The notes: a model not told the origin generated them from the sequence alone. Numbered from the stretch's first letter, positions 27,942 to 38,171 are shown. The stretch is DNA of 64,000 nt from Acutalibacteraceae bacterium (GCA_045614765.1 JAZLDN010000052.1:341-64340), one strand, 5' to 3'. Numbers and translations are program-made.

Positions 27942-29492
27942 TTAATATCCGAAACCTTCAAAATAGCTGAATGGATCAATTACTTCTTCTGTGGATTCCT
28001 CAACAACAGCACCATTAGTACCGGTGTCTTCAATGAGTTTTACTTTAACAGTGAATGTTTTATTAACTGTTCCGTTGCTGTTAAGTCTGTAAACGGTAAG
28101 AGTTAACTTATCGCCTACATTTGCATTTTCAATTGCTTCAAGAAGAACATCGACTGTATCCATTTTTTTGCCATTAACAGCAGTTATTACATCACCAACT
28201 TTTATACCGTGGTTATTTATATCACTGCTTTCGCTTATTGCGGCAATAGCAATTGAACCATAAGGGAGATTGTTTCTCCATGCAACTGTTGCATAGGAAT
28301 AATCGCTTGAAACAGGGAAGTATGAGATGCCAAGAATAGGTCTGTTTGACACATAGCCGTTAACAATCAACTCATTGTAAACCTCAAGAACTGTAGCGGC
28401 AGGAACAGCAAAGCCCATTCCTTCATATTCTGTGCTTGAGATTTTAGAAGAGTTAAGTCCTATTACCTGACCATATTCGTTAACAAGAGCGCCTCCTGAG
28501 TTGCCTGGGTTAATAGCGGCATTGTGTTGGATACAAGGAAGGTCATATGAGCTGTTGGCGGATGGTACAGGGCGGTCAATAGCGCTAATCATACCGCTTG
28601 TAAATGAACCGAAAAACTCTGTTCCGCCTGGATTGCCGATTGCGAAAACTTTCTGACCAACGGAGAGCTTATCAGAATTACCGAAGGTTGCAGCTTTAAG
28701 TCCTGATTTTTCAACCATTACAACGCCGATATCTGTTTTTGCGTCAACACCAATAATTACTGCCTCTTTTTCTGTTTCGTCGCTGAATTGAATCTGAACA
28801 TCAACGTTTTTATCATCAATTACATGTGCGGCGGTAAGAATATAAGTATATTTTCCGCTTTTATCTTCGCCAACTATTATACCTGAGCCTTCACCAACCA
28901 TCTGGTTCTGTGAATAAACAAGAACACCAACGTTTGTGTCCTTTACTGCCTCGTAAATTTGCTCGGCAGACATAGGGCCCTTACCTGAGTATTTGGAATA
29001 TGATATAGGAGAATCTTCAGTATTTGGCTTTGCACCTTCTGCTTTTGGTTTCTCTCCATCAAGTATTGTTGATGGGTTCTGAGGTTTATTATTATCTTTT
29101 CCTGTTGATAAGCCTATTGCAACAGATGAACAAACAATGCAGATGCAAATAAGTGCAATGAAAAGAATTTTGCCCCAATTCTTTTTGCTTTTCTGCGCCT
29201 TTGTTACGGAAATACCGGGATTAACAAAAGGTGGCATAGTATTTTGCGGGGGTGTGGGGTTCGTTGGCTGATAAGATGGTGCGCCGTAAGGATTAGTGTT
29301 ATACGGTGCTGCGTAGCCAGTGCTTTGAGGTTGGTTGTAAGTAGGTGCACCATATGGTGTATTGGTCTGCTGTGGATGAGTAGCAGGTTGATATGCCTGT
29401 TCATTAACAGTTGGCTCAGTTTTCTTTTCTTCTGAACCTGCAATCTGGTTTTCAGGCTCTGTAGCTGGTGTTGGATTGAAAATATCGTCCAT
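27942..29492 (-). CDS. htrA: HtrA/DegP-family serine protease with a PDZ domain and a P/Q/Y-rich N-terminal tail
   Basis: Catalytic 'TAAHV', 'DIGVV' and 'GNSGGALVN'. TM helix. C-terminal PDZ ('GDVITAVNGKK'). GGAGGA RBS. Confidence 0.9.
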   Translation of the reverse strand: MDDIFNPTPATEPENQIAGSEEKKTEPTVNEQAYQPATHPQQTNTPYGAPTYNQPQSTGYAAPYNTNPYGAPSYQPTNPTPPQNTMPPFVNPGISVTKAQKSKKNWGKILFIALICICIVCSSVAIGLSTGKDNNKPQNPSTILDGEKPKAEGAKPNTEDSPISYSKYSGKGPMSAEQIYEAVKDTNVGVLVYSQNQMVGEGSGIIVGEDKSGKYTYILTAAHVIDDKNVDVQIQFSDETEKEAVIIGVDAKTDIGVVMVEKSGLKAATFGNSDKLSVGQKVFAIGNPGGTEFFGSFTSGMISAIDRPVPSANSSYDLPCIQHNAAINPGNSGGALVNEYGQVIGLNSSKISSTEYEGMGFAVPAATVLEVYNELIVNGYVSNRPILGISYFPVSSDYSYATVAWRNNLPYGSIAIAAISESSDINNHGIKVGDVITAVNGKKMDTVDVLLEAIENANVGDKLTLTVYRLNSNGTVNKTFTVKVKLIEDTGTNGAVVEESTEEVIDPFSYFEGFGY

Positions 29493-29539
29493 ATATTAGT
29501 CCTCCGTTTCTTTTGCCGTAGCAAAAGACTATGATTAAT

Positions 29540-31015
29540 TTATTTAGGTAGCTTAACCGTAAATCTTGTGAAAGAATCGGGTTCGCTTTCAACTGTAATT
29601 GTGCCATTATGAAGGCTCAATATACTTCTTATAAGGTAAAGGCCAAGTCCTGTGCTTTTTGTATCAGTGCTTCGGGATTCGTCTACCTTATAGAATCTGT
29701 CAAACACTTTTTCAAGGTCTTTTTCAGGAATTCCCTTACCTGTGTTTGTAACAGCAAGATATACATACTTTTTGTCGCTTGCAGTGTTTACAATGATTTT
29801 TCCACCATTATTAGTGAATTTTACAGCATTGTCTGCAAGGTTATATATCACCTGGTCAAGCATAGCACTGTCGCCATGGACTATAGCAGGCTTTAGGTCT
29901 TCCATGCCTACGATTTCGATATTCTTTTTTGAAACAAGCTGTTCAAAACCAAGGAATGTTGAAACAATTTTCGGTGATAAATCAACTGATTCCATGTTCA
30001 TCTGAATATTACCTGTTTCAATTTTGGAGATGTTGAGCATCATATTAACCATTTTTGAAAGACGGCTTATTTCAGATGATACGATATTAAGATAATAATC
30101 TTGCTTTTCAGGTGGAATAGTTCCGTCAAGAATACCGTTTATAAATCCACCAATAGTAGTCATCGGTGTTTTAAATTCATGTGATACATTGGCAACAAAG
30201 CTTCGCCTTGAGTTTTCAAGTTGGGAAAGGGCGGTTGCCATGGAATTGAATTTAGTTATAAGATGAGCCAATTCATCGTTCGAATTTATTTCGGGAACTC
30301 TGTAAGAAAAGTCTCCCGATGAATAAAGAGTAGTGGCAGTTTCAAGGTTTTCAATAGGTTTTGCTATTTTACCTGTCATAACATAAACAGCTATTGTAAC
30401 CAGTACAAGCGCAATAGCGGCGGAAACAAGGAATAAAGTGAAAACCTGATGTATACCATTTAAAAACTCACCGGTTACGGGGGCAGCAACAACACAAAAG
30501 CCATAAAAACTATTGTTGAAATAAAATGGCGCCATTGAAACCGAGTGGTATGCGTCATATGATGTGCCTAAGGTGGTGAATTCTGAAAATGTACCGTTTT
30601 TAACCCTGCTGATAAAAGTAGAGGGAATTTGTATCTTTTCGTGCTTTTCGCAATTGTGTATTTCTAACGAGAAGTCATCTATTGTTTCGGGACAAATTTC
30701 CACATGCCCGTTAATATTGCAGATATAAACATCACTAGCCGTTGTATTTGCCAGCATATCAACATTCTGGCACATAAGCAGAATGGCTGCCTCGCTGTTG
30801 TTCTTTACAGTTTCTGAACTGAGTAGCTGCGTTGTAGCCGATGCTAATTCATCTGCATTTTTGTGGGTTTCCTTCAATGTCTGCGAGGACATAAAGTTTG
30901 CTATAAAAAGCATAAGGGAAAGGCCTATAACAAGAAAGCTTGTTAAAACAATAGCGGAAAAAATGAAAAAATACTTAAAGAAAAACGCACTTTTTTTGTT
31001 TTTTCTGAGTTTCAT
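29540..31015 (-). CDS. sensor histidine kinase (2 TM, extracellular domain, HAMP, HisKA, HATPase_c)
   Basis: H-box 'SHEFKTPMT', N-box 'DNAVKFT', G-boxes 'TNTGKGI' and 'GLGLYL'. The start is ambiguous (31015 or 31057). Confidence 0.9.
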   Translation of the reverse strand: MKLRKNKKSAFFFKYFFIFSAIVLTSFLVIGLSLMLFIANFMSSQTLKETHKNADELASATTQLLSSETVKNNSEAAILLMCQNVDMLANTTASDVYICNINGHVEICPETIDDFSLEIHNCEKHEKIQIPSTFISRVKNGTFSEFTTLGTSYDAYHSVSMAPFYFNNSFYGFCVVAAPVTGEFLNGIHQVFTLFLVSAAIALVLVTIAVYVMTGKIAKPIENLETATTLYSSGDFSYRVPEINSNDELAHLITKFNSMATALSQLENSRRSFVANVSHEFKTPMTTIGGFINGILDGTIPPEKQDYYLNIVSSEISRLSKMVNMMLNISKIETGNIQMNMESVDLSPKIVSTFLGFEQLVSKKNIEIVGMEDLKPAIVHGDSAMLDQVIYNLADNAVKFTNNGGKIIVNTASDKKYVYLAVTNTGKGIPEKDLEKVFDRFYKVDESRSTDTKSTGLGLYLIRSILSLHNGTITVESEPDSFTRFTVKLPK

Positions 31016-31023
31016 ATTGTTTT

Positions 31024-31716
31024 TTATTTTGTTTCGAATTTGTAGCCTACGCCCCAAACGGTTTTAAGCTCCCATTTGTCTGAAACACCTTCCAGCTTTT
31101 CTCTGAGACGTTTTACGTGAACGTCAACAGTTCTTGAGTCACCATAATATTCAAAACCCCAAACTTCATCAAGAAGCTGATCTCTTGTGTAAACACGGTT
31201 AGGGTTACTTGCAAGATGGAAAATGAGTTCAAGCTCTTTAGGTGGTGTATCAATAGTAGCACCGTTAACTTTAAGCTCATAGTTTGTAAGATTGATCATG
31301 AGTTTATCATATGCTACTTCTTTTATAGCTTCTCCTGACGGATTGAGGTCTGATGAACGTCTGAGAACAGCTTTGATTCTTGCAACAACCTCTTTTGTTT
31401 CAAAAGGCTTTGTAATGTAATCGTCTGCGCCTAATTCTAGACCAAGTACCTTGTCAAAGGTTTCACCTTTAGCGGTAAGCATAATTATAGGAATACGAGA
31501 GATTTTTCGTATTTCTCGGCATATCTGCCAACCGTCCATACCGGGAAGCATAATATCAAGAAGGATGAGGTTAGGACATGTTGTTTCATAAGAATCGATA
31601 GCTTTAAGACCATCGGTACAAACCTCAACATCAAATCCGTCTTTTTCAAGATAGAGCCTGAGAAGCTCACAAATATTAACATCATCATCGATAATGAGAA
31701 TTTTTGCGTTTGCCAT
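31024..31716 (-). CDS. OmpR-family response regulator
   Basis: Receiver domain 'ILIIDDD...LILLDIMLPGMDG...TAKG'. Winged-helix tail 'VWGVGYKF'. AGGAGG RBS. Confidence 0.95.
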   Translation of the reverse strand: MANAKILIIDDDVNICELLRLYLEKDGFDVEVCTDGLKAIDSYETTCPNLILLDIMLPGMDGWQICREIRKISRIPIIMLTAKGETFDKVLGLELGADDYITKPFETKEVVARIKAVLRRSSDLNPSGEAIKEVAYDKLMINLTNYELKVNGATIDTPPKELELIFHLASNPNRVYTRDQLLDEVWGFEYYGDSRTVDVHVKRLREKLEGVSDKWELKTVWGVGYKFETK

Positions 31717-31860
31717 TTTAAAACCTCCTATGTGGTTTCTTCAAACTATAATCATTATATACCATTAAATACGGAAATATATGAACAAATTTTAAAATAA
31801 AAATAGTCTATATAAAATTTATGGCAACAAATTCCATTTAAGGAGCTTGTTGCCGTAAAT

Positions 31861-33717
31861 TTATTTCTTTTTATCTTTTTTTGCTTGCTTGGCATCAAGC
31901 TTTGCTTTTTTCTTTAATTCTTTTGCTCTTCTTGCTTTTACTACCGCTTCTTTGTTTTTGTTACGTTTCTTTGAGACTACAAGCACGATTATAAGCGCAA
32001 CAATCAGAAGAACACAAAGAGAAAGCGATATTACAATAACTAACCTTTTTACATCGTCATCAGAAAGCTTTTCGGCTTTATCGGTTGAATATTGAGGAAG
32101 TGTTGTGGCATCTATAAGAACAACCTGAATAATTCCGTCATCGCCAACAACATATTTGTATCCATCGGGAAGTTGTTCGTAGTTGCCCTGGCTTATTATG
32201 TTTCCGTTCTGGTCAACAAGCTGACCTTTATCGTTAACTGAAAGAATATTCCCAACAATATTCATTGCTCCATTGTTGAAATTTGAAACAAGGGGGGAAA
32301 TAGCGGGTAGAGAAGGTGTTCCTGTAACTACCTGAGTTGTGCCATCTTGTTGGAGAATTGTAGTGCCGAGTGTTGGAACAATGCCTGTAATATTGCTGTC
32401 TTCAGGTTCTTTCACACCTTGATAAACATTAAGCTTATAGGTAGTGGACCTTTTTAGCTCGTTTACTGTATATGTACAAACGATGGTAATAACCTGCTTT
32501 GTTGTGTCAAGAAGCTCAACTACAGCGTATTGACCCGGTGTAACAGATTTTCCGTTTATTGTTACACCTGAGGTTGCCTGTATAGGGTTAGGGTTTATTG
32601 ATATGTTTTTTCTTTTTGCTTCAAGATGGATATCATATTCGTTGATATCTGAAAAGAATTCTTGTTCCAGATCAAATCTGGTTGTTTTTTTCAGAACAAT
32701 ATTAAAGCATTCCTGGTAAGTGTACTTTTTATGAGATATTGTAACATTTGAATCCTGTTGCGCCATTCTCTGAAGAATGTAGTAGGGGATGGATTGTTCT
32801 TTAGATGCTTTAATAAGAGATTGAGGGTCAAGTTTTACTTGGTATTGAGTACCTAACATAGCGGTAAGATACTTCTGAGTAAGCTCTTCCTGGGTTGCGC
32901 TTTCCGAGTCGATTGATAAGCCGTAACCCTTGATTGTCATAATAGCAACACGTCTGAAAACTTCAGGTCTGTCTAGCTTAGGGATTTCTGAAACAGAAGC
33001 ATAACCGTTAACGTATAATGACATCAATGAAGTGTAGTAAATGTAATCCTCTAATGAGCCTAAAGAGTCGGCTCCAAAGAATTTAAGCATAAAGGCAGTC
33101 AACGAATTTTTGTTTCCGGAAAGAGCGGCTATGTACATGACAAGAGCCTCTTCCATAGGTGTGCCTGCAGGAATTTCTAAATGCTCGCCTTTATAAACAT
33201 AATATAAATCATTGCGCATCATAGCATAAAGCGCGCTTATCATAAGCACTCTTTCCGCATCTGCTTCATCTTCTGGTGTAACAACAATACCTTGTTGACG
33301 GAGCCAGTCTGCTTTGGTCTGGTCTGAAACTGTAGGCTCAGAAATTAAGGTGAGAGCACCTATCTGGTTGAGAAGATAAAGGTAAGCAGCTCTTTGAGAT
33401 TCCTCGTCAAGAGTGTAGTTCTTTATGCTTTCTTCAACCTGTGCTTTGAAATGTGGTGCGTCAGAGGTATAAGGGTAGGATGTTACCGGTTTTAAAATGG
33501 CCTCGTTCATAATTCCACCGGGAGAAAGCATGTCTTCTTTAACGGTAAGCTGGCGAAGCCATGATGGATCAGGCTCACTGTAGGCATACTGTGTGTTTAC
33601 GCCAATGTTACCATCAAATTTTGCCGCAAAATCCTTTGCGAAGGCAGACGGCATCAAAGCAGTAACAAAAGTTACTACCATAAGAAGCAAAGATATAAGT
33701 TTTGCATTTCTTTTCAT
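31861..33717 (-). CDS. 618-aa secreted protein with a C-terminal TM anchor, a Lys-rich tail and a cadherin-like beta-sandwich segment
   Basis: Signal peptide 'PSAFAKD'. 'ISINPNP..VTINGKSV..YKLNVYQG' segment. C-terminal TM helix followed by 'KKRNKNK...KKDKKK'. Confidence 0.6.
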   Translation of the reverse strand: MKRNAKLISLLLMVVTFVTALMPSAFAKDFAAKFDGNIGVNTQYAYSEPDPSWLRQLTVKEDMLSPGGIMNEAILKPVTSYPYTSDAPHFKAQVEESIKNYTLDEESQRAAYLYLLNQIGALTLISEPTVSDQTKADWLRQQGIVVTPEDEADAERVLMISALYAMMRNDLYYVYKGEHLEIPAGTPMEEALVMYIAALSGNKNSLTAFMLKFFGADSLGSLEDYIYYTSLMSLYVNGYASVSEIPKLDRPEVFRRVAIMTIKGYGLSIDSESATQEELTQKYLTAMLGTQYQVKLDPQSLIKASKEQSIPYYILQRMAQQDSNVTISHKKYTYQECFNIVLKKTTRFDLEQEFFSDINEYDIHLEAKRKNISINPNPIQATSGVTINGKSVTPGQYAVVELLDTTKQVITIVCTYTVNELKRSTTYKLNVYQGVKEPEDSNITGIVPTLGTTILQQDGTTQVVTGTPSLPAISPLVSNFNNGAMNIVGNILSVNDKGQLVDQNGNIISQGNYEQLPDGYKYVVGDDGIIQVVLIDATTLPQYSTDKAEKLSDDDVKRLVIVISLSLCVLLIVALIIVLVVSKKRNKNKEAVVKARRAKELKKKAKLDAKQAKKDKKK

Positions 33718-33747
33718 AAACTCGTCTCCTTTCGCAAAATCCTATCT

Positions 33748-33776
33748 ATTATATCAAAAATATGGTGTCTAGTCAA
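33748..33776 (-). promoter_or_regulatory. consensus-like sigma-A promoter for the 618-aa gene
   Basis: On the minus strand: TTGACT, 17-nt spacer, TGaTATAAT. Confidence 0.6.
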
Positions 33777-33785
33777 CCGATAACC

Positions 33786-34829
33786 TTATTTTGAAAAGGA
33801 AAATATTGTAATTGACTTGTATTCTTTACCTGCGTCGTAAACGCAGTTTGGCCATTCAGGGTGATTAGGTGAATCAGGGTAAACCTGTGTTTCAAGGCAG
33901 AAAGCAGAACGCTTTGTTAAAGGAAGATCGCCCTTGCCTATTATTGAGCCGTCAAGGAAGTTACCTGTGTAAAGCTGAACTCCTGGCTCTGTAGATTTAA
34001 CTTCCATTTTAATGCCGCTCTTATCACCTTTTGCAATGGCAATTGTTTTTAATGAGCCGTCATAATCTGCAATACAGAAGTTGTGGTCGTAGCCCATACC
34101 ATTTTTGAGCTGGAGGAAATCAGCTTCAATATCTCTGCCGATTTCTTTTTCTGTTGTGAAGTCAAATGGTGTGTCTTTAACCTCAGGTAATTCGCCTGTT
34201 GGTATGCTCATTTCATCAATAGCGGTAAAGCGGTCTGCGTTTATCTGAAGGGTATGCTTTAAAACATTACCGTTTTCATAACCATTAAGATTGAAATAAG
34301 CGTGATTTGTAAGGTTAATAACTGTCTTTTTATCAGAAATTGCACTATAGTTAATGCTAAGGTTGTTTTCGTCATCAAAAGTATAAACAACTTTTACATT
34401 AACATTTCCTGGGAAACCATCCTGACCGTCAGGGCTTGTGTATGTGAATTCAACAGAGTTTTCGTCTAATTCTTTTCCGCACCAGTGAGCAGAGCTATAT
34501 TCGCCGCCACCGTGAAGGCAGGTGATACCCTTTTCGTTCTGAGTAACATTATATGTAACGCCGTCAATTGTGAATGAACCGTTTTTGATGCGGTTTGCAT
34601 ATTGACCAACGATAACACCCTGATAATCACTGCGGTTAATGTGGCCGTCTAATGAGCCGTGTCCGGAGAGAATATCAACAAAATTACCGTTTTTATCTTC
34701 AAGAATAATCTTATCAAGAGTGGCTCCTTTCTCGATAATCTGAGCCTTTGAGCCGCATTTGTTTGTGATAATAAAACCGTGAACGTTTTCGCCGTTCATT
34801 TCGCCGTAAATAAATTTTTCAATAGCCAT
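33786..34829 (-). CDS. galM: aldose 1-epimerase (galactose mutarotase)
   Basis: 'LHGG', 'TNHAYFNL' and 'FCLETQ' family motifs. The ATG at 34829 (MAIEKF) is preferred over the track start. Confidence 0.85.
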   Translation of the reverse strand: MAIEKFIYGEMNGENVHGFIITNKCGSKAQIIEKGATLDKIILEDKNGNFVDILSGHGSLDGHINRSDYQGVIVGQYANRIKNGSFTIDGVTYNVTQNEKGITCLHGGGEYSSAHWCGKELDENSVEFTYTSPDGQDGFPGNVNVKVVYTFDDENNLSINYSAISDKKTVINLTNHAYFNLNGYENGNVLKHTLQINADRFTAIDEMSIPTGELPEVKDTPFDFTTEKEIGRDIEADFLQLKNGMGYDHNFCIADYDGSLKTIAIAKGDKSGIKMEVKSTEPGVQLYTGNFLDGSIIGKGDLPLTKRSAFCLETQVYPDSPNHPEWPNCVYDAGKEYKSITIFSFSK

Positions 34830-34953
34830 AAAAATACCCCCAAATTTATCTAGTATATAATACCTCAAATCAGTAGTTAAAGTCAAGGAAACAGGAGGGT
34901 TAATGAAATATATTTACAGTTTCTTTTAAATTTAGTAACAATTATATGGTGAT

Positions 34954-34982
34954 TTGATTATTTTACGATTGTATGGTATTAT
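34954..34982 (+). promoter_or_regulatory. sigma-A promoter
   Basis: TTGATT, 17-nt spacer, TGgTATTAT. Confidence 0.5.
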
Positions 34983-35015
34983 ATGAATATCAACTGTCAG
35001 GAGAGGTGGGATAAT

Positions 35016-36737
35016 ATGCAAGCATTTATTGCAGGGCTTGAGCCTTTTTTCAGATATGCCATATTAGGTGTTGTTCTGTTTATAAATATCCGTATGCTTC
35101 TTAGCTTATTTTTCAAGAAAACCACTGATCCTATAAGAGCCAAGCTTGTAAATAAAGTTACCAATGAAAGTATATCTTTAAGGGAACGAGAAACATCTTT
35201 AGGCAGAAATAAAAGCTGCGATATTGTTCTTCCTTTTGACACTATCTCAAGGCTTCACGCTGTTATAGCCTACAGAAATAAAGGTTTTGTCATTTTCGAT
35301 ACATTTTCAAAATCAGGTATTAAAGTAAACGGCAAAAAAATTGATAAAAAAGCATACATCCACAATGGTGATGAAATTAATATAGGCGGTCTTCAATATG
35401 AGCTTCATGAGGGCAAGTACAAATTCATAAAAGATAAAAGCTCTCTTTTGGGAACACCATCATATGGTGTTGTGCTGATTCTTCTTGCAGTGCTTAATAT
35501 ATTTATTATGCTTCTGAACCTTTATCCAAAGGGAGAATTCAACGAGATTATAGTTTGCGTTTATCTTGGGTATATTGCGCTTCAGTGGTGCTATTATCTT
35601 TTTGCAACATATGTTCTCAGGCTTCATAATTTTGAATTTGAAATGATTGCTTTTGCCTTCTGCTCTTTAGGACTTGGTATTGTAGGGAGTATGTATCCAG
35701 ATGCTGTTCTTAAGCAGCTTTTTGCAGTTGTTCTTGGCGTTGTTGGGTATTGTGCTTTGCTTGTTATTATGCGCTATGTGGAAGCCATAAAATCAATAAG
35801 ATGGGCTCTTGCGGTAGGTGCTATAGGTGTTTTAGCGCTTACTCTTCTTATTGCCGAGCCTACCAATGGTGCAAGAAACTGGCTCTCTTTAGGCGGTATC
35901 TCAATACAACCGTCAGAGCTTGTTAAGGTGGCTTTCGTTTTTGTGGGTGCAGTTACACTTGAAAAGCTTCAGTCAATAAAAAATCTTACTATGTATATAG
36001 TTTTCTCAGCTGTGTGCGTAGGGCTGTTGTTTTTGATGTTTGATTTCGGAACAGCTCTTATTTTCTTTTTTACTTTTGTTATTATTGCTTTTATGCGTTC
36101 TGGAGATATTAAAACTCTTACTCTTGTTTGTGGAGTTGCCGCACTTGGTGCAGTAGCAATACTTATACTCAAGCCTTATGTTGCCTCTCGTTTTTCTACT
36201 TACCTTCATGTGTGGGAGTTTATGGACGAGGGCGGTTACCAACAAACCCGTACACTTATTTATTCCGCAAGTGGTGGACTTTTTGGTCTTGGTCTCGGCA
36301 ATGGCGAGCTTCGTAATATTTTCGCTGCAGCAGAGGATTTGGTGTTTGGCGTTGTGTCAGAAGAATTCGGACTTATAATGAGCTTTATGATTCCTATAAC
36401 CTACTGCATAATAGCAATCTGGGTAATTGTAAATGCCAAAAAGGCAAAGTCAACTTTCTATACACTTGCAGGCGTAGGTGCAATTGCAATGATTCTTTTC
36501 CAGACAATGCTCAGCATTTTCGGGATAACGGACCTTCTTCCTTTAACTGGCGTAACCCTTCCTTTTATAAGCAAAGGTGGATCAAGCATTATTTCCTGCT
36601 TCTGCCTTCTTTCGTTTATTAAGAGTATAGATACACGTACTTTTGCAAATTTCAAACCTGAGCTTTTGCCTGCGGATATTCCCGTAACAACGAAGCCTGT
36701 GAAGAAAGGTGGTGCAAGGCGTGAAAACGACAGCTAA
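35016..36737 (+). CDS. FHA-domain::FtsW/RodA/SpoVE (SEDS) fusion protein
   Basis: N-terminal TM helix, then an FHA core ('LGRNKSCDIVL..ISRLHAVI..FDTFSKSGIKVNGKKI'), then a polytopic SEDS domain ending 'LPLTGVTLPFISKGGSS'. GGAGAGGTGG RBS. Confidence 0.85.
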   Translation: MQAFIAGLEPFFRYAILGVVLFINIRMLLSLFFKKTTDPIRAKLVNKVTNESISLRERETSLGRNKSCDIVLPFDTISRLHAVIAYRNKGFVIFDTFSKSGIKVNGKKIDKKAYIHNGDEINIGGLQYELHEGKYKFIKDKSSLLGTPSYGVVLILLAVLNIFIMLLNLYPKGEFNEIIVCVYLGYIALQWCYYLFATYVLRLHNFEFEMIAFAFCSLGLGIVGSMYPDAVLKQLFAVVLGVVGYCALLVIMRYVEAIKSIRWALAVGAIGVLALTLLIAEPTNGARNWLSLGGISIQPSELVKVAFVFVGAVTLEKLQSIKNLTMYIVFSAVCVGLLFLMFDFGTALIFFFTFVIIAFMRSGDIKTLTLVCGVAALGAVAILILKPYVASRFSTYLHVWEFMDEGGYQQTRTLIYSASGGLFGLGLGNGELRNIFAAAEDLVFGVVSEEFGLIMSFMIPITYCIIAIWVIVNAKKAKSTFYTLAGVGAIAMILFQTMLSIFGITDLLPLTGVTLPFISKGGSSIISCFCLLSFIKSIDTRTFANFKPELLPADIPVTTKPVKKGGARRENDS

Positions 36738-38109
36738 AAGAAGTGTAGCCTTGCTGCTGCTTATTGCGGTAGTTGTATCAGGCCTTGGTGTTTTAGGCTA
36801 TAGGTTTGCAGTGAATGGTGAAAAATGGTCAACAATGCGCGCAAATGCTCACCTTACTAAAAATGGCAGTTTTGTAGGTGCGGGTAACGTCGTTGACAGA
36901 AATGGAGAAGTTTTAGCCTTCACTGAGGGAAGCGAAAGAAAGTACAACTCCTCGGAACGTATAAGGCGGTCAACTCTTCATATAGTAGGCGATACGGAAG
37001 GTTATATTTCCTCAGGTGTGCAGACTGCATTTAAATCTCAACTTGCAGGCTATAATCCTGTTACAGGTATTTACACCCTTGAAAGATACGGAAAGGGTAA
37101 TGATGTTACTCTGACTATAGACAGTTCAGTGTGCGCCATAGCTTACGATGCCATGAAAGATAAAAAAGGTGTTGTAGCTGCTTATAATTATAAAACAGGT
37201 GAGATTATATGCTCTGTTTCTTGCCCCAACTACGATATAAAAAACAAGCCATCAAACCAGGAGATAGAAGAAAATCCTGATGGAAAATATGACGGTATAT
37301 ACCTCAATAGATTGATAGACGGATTATATACACCTGGCTCAACTTTTAAAGTTATTACAGCTATCAGTGCAATTCAGAATGTCAGTGATATTGATGCTTT
37401 CCAATACACGTGCTCAGGTGAAGAAACAATTGACGGAGTTGAGGTAACTTGTCCTTCTGAACATGGACAAATGAGTTTTAGTGAGAGCTTTTCTAATTCC
37501 TGTAACTGCGCCTTTGCAGTACTTTCACAGAAAATTGGCAAAGAAAACCTTCAGGCAACCGTGGTGCAGATGGGCTTTGGTGAGACCTTTACATTCGGTA
37601 ACGGTTCAACATCTGAAAGTAAAATTAACCTTTCTGATGCTGCTTCAGGTGATGTTGCCTGGGCGAGTGTAGGTCAGTATGATACTCTTGTGAATCCTTA
37701 TCATATGCTTACTGTAATGGGTGCTATTGCAAATGGTGGAGAAGCACTTTTACCATATGCGGTATCAAGTGTTACAACTCCTGCAGGCAGAGTAACAGAG
37801 AAAACTTCCGCCAAAAGCATAACTTATCTTGATAGTGCAGTTGCTGATGAAGTATGTCAGATGATGAGAAAAACCGTTGAAAACAAATATGGAGATTATA
37901 ATTTCCAGGGACTTTCAATGTGCGGAAAAACAGGTACAGCTGAAGTCGGGGATGAAGAAAAACCTCATTCATGGTTCGTAGGCTTTTCCAAGAGCGAAAA
38001 ATGTCCAATAGCGATAGTTGTCGTGGCAGAAAATAGCGGTTGGGGATCTTCGACAGCTTTACCGATAGCATCTAAAGTTATGAACGAAATATATAAAAGC
38101 ATGGCGTAA
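36709..38109 (+). CDS. class B penicillin-binding protein (transpeptidase, PbpA-like)
   Basis: 'STFK', 'SNS' and 'KTGT' motifs. N-terminal TM helix. It overlaps the SEDS gene by 29 nt. Confidence 0.9.
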   Translation: MVQGVKTTAKRSVALLLLIAVVVSGLGVLGYRFAVNGEKWSTMRANAHLTKNGSFVGAGNVVDRNGEVLAFTEGSERKYNSSERIRRSTLHIVGDTEGYISSGVQTAFKSQLAGYNPVTGIYTLERYGKGNDVTLTIDSSVCAIAYDAMKDKKGVVAAYNYKTGEIICSVSCPNYDIKNKPSNQEIEENPDGKYDGIYLNRLIDGLYTPGSTFKVITAISAIQNVSDIDAFQYTCSGEETIDGVEVTCPSEHGQMSFSESFSNSCNCAFAVLSQKIGKENLQATVVQMGFGETFTFGNGSTSESKINLSDAASGDVAWASVGQYDTLVNPYHMLTVMGAIANGGEALLPYAVSSVTTPAGRVTEKTSAKSITYLDSAVADEVCQMMRKTVENKYGDYNFQGLSMCGKTGTAEVGDEEKPHSWFVGFSKSEKCPIAIVVVAENSGWGSSTALPIASKVMNEIYKSMA

Positions 38110-38171
38110 AAAGAATATGCAAAATATGGTTTGTTAACAAAATATTTACTCTTTATTATCATAGTATTCTG

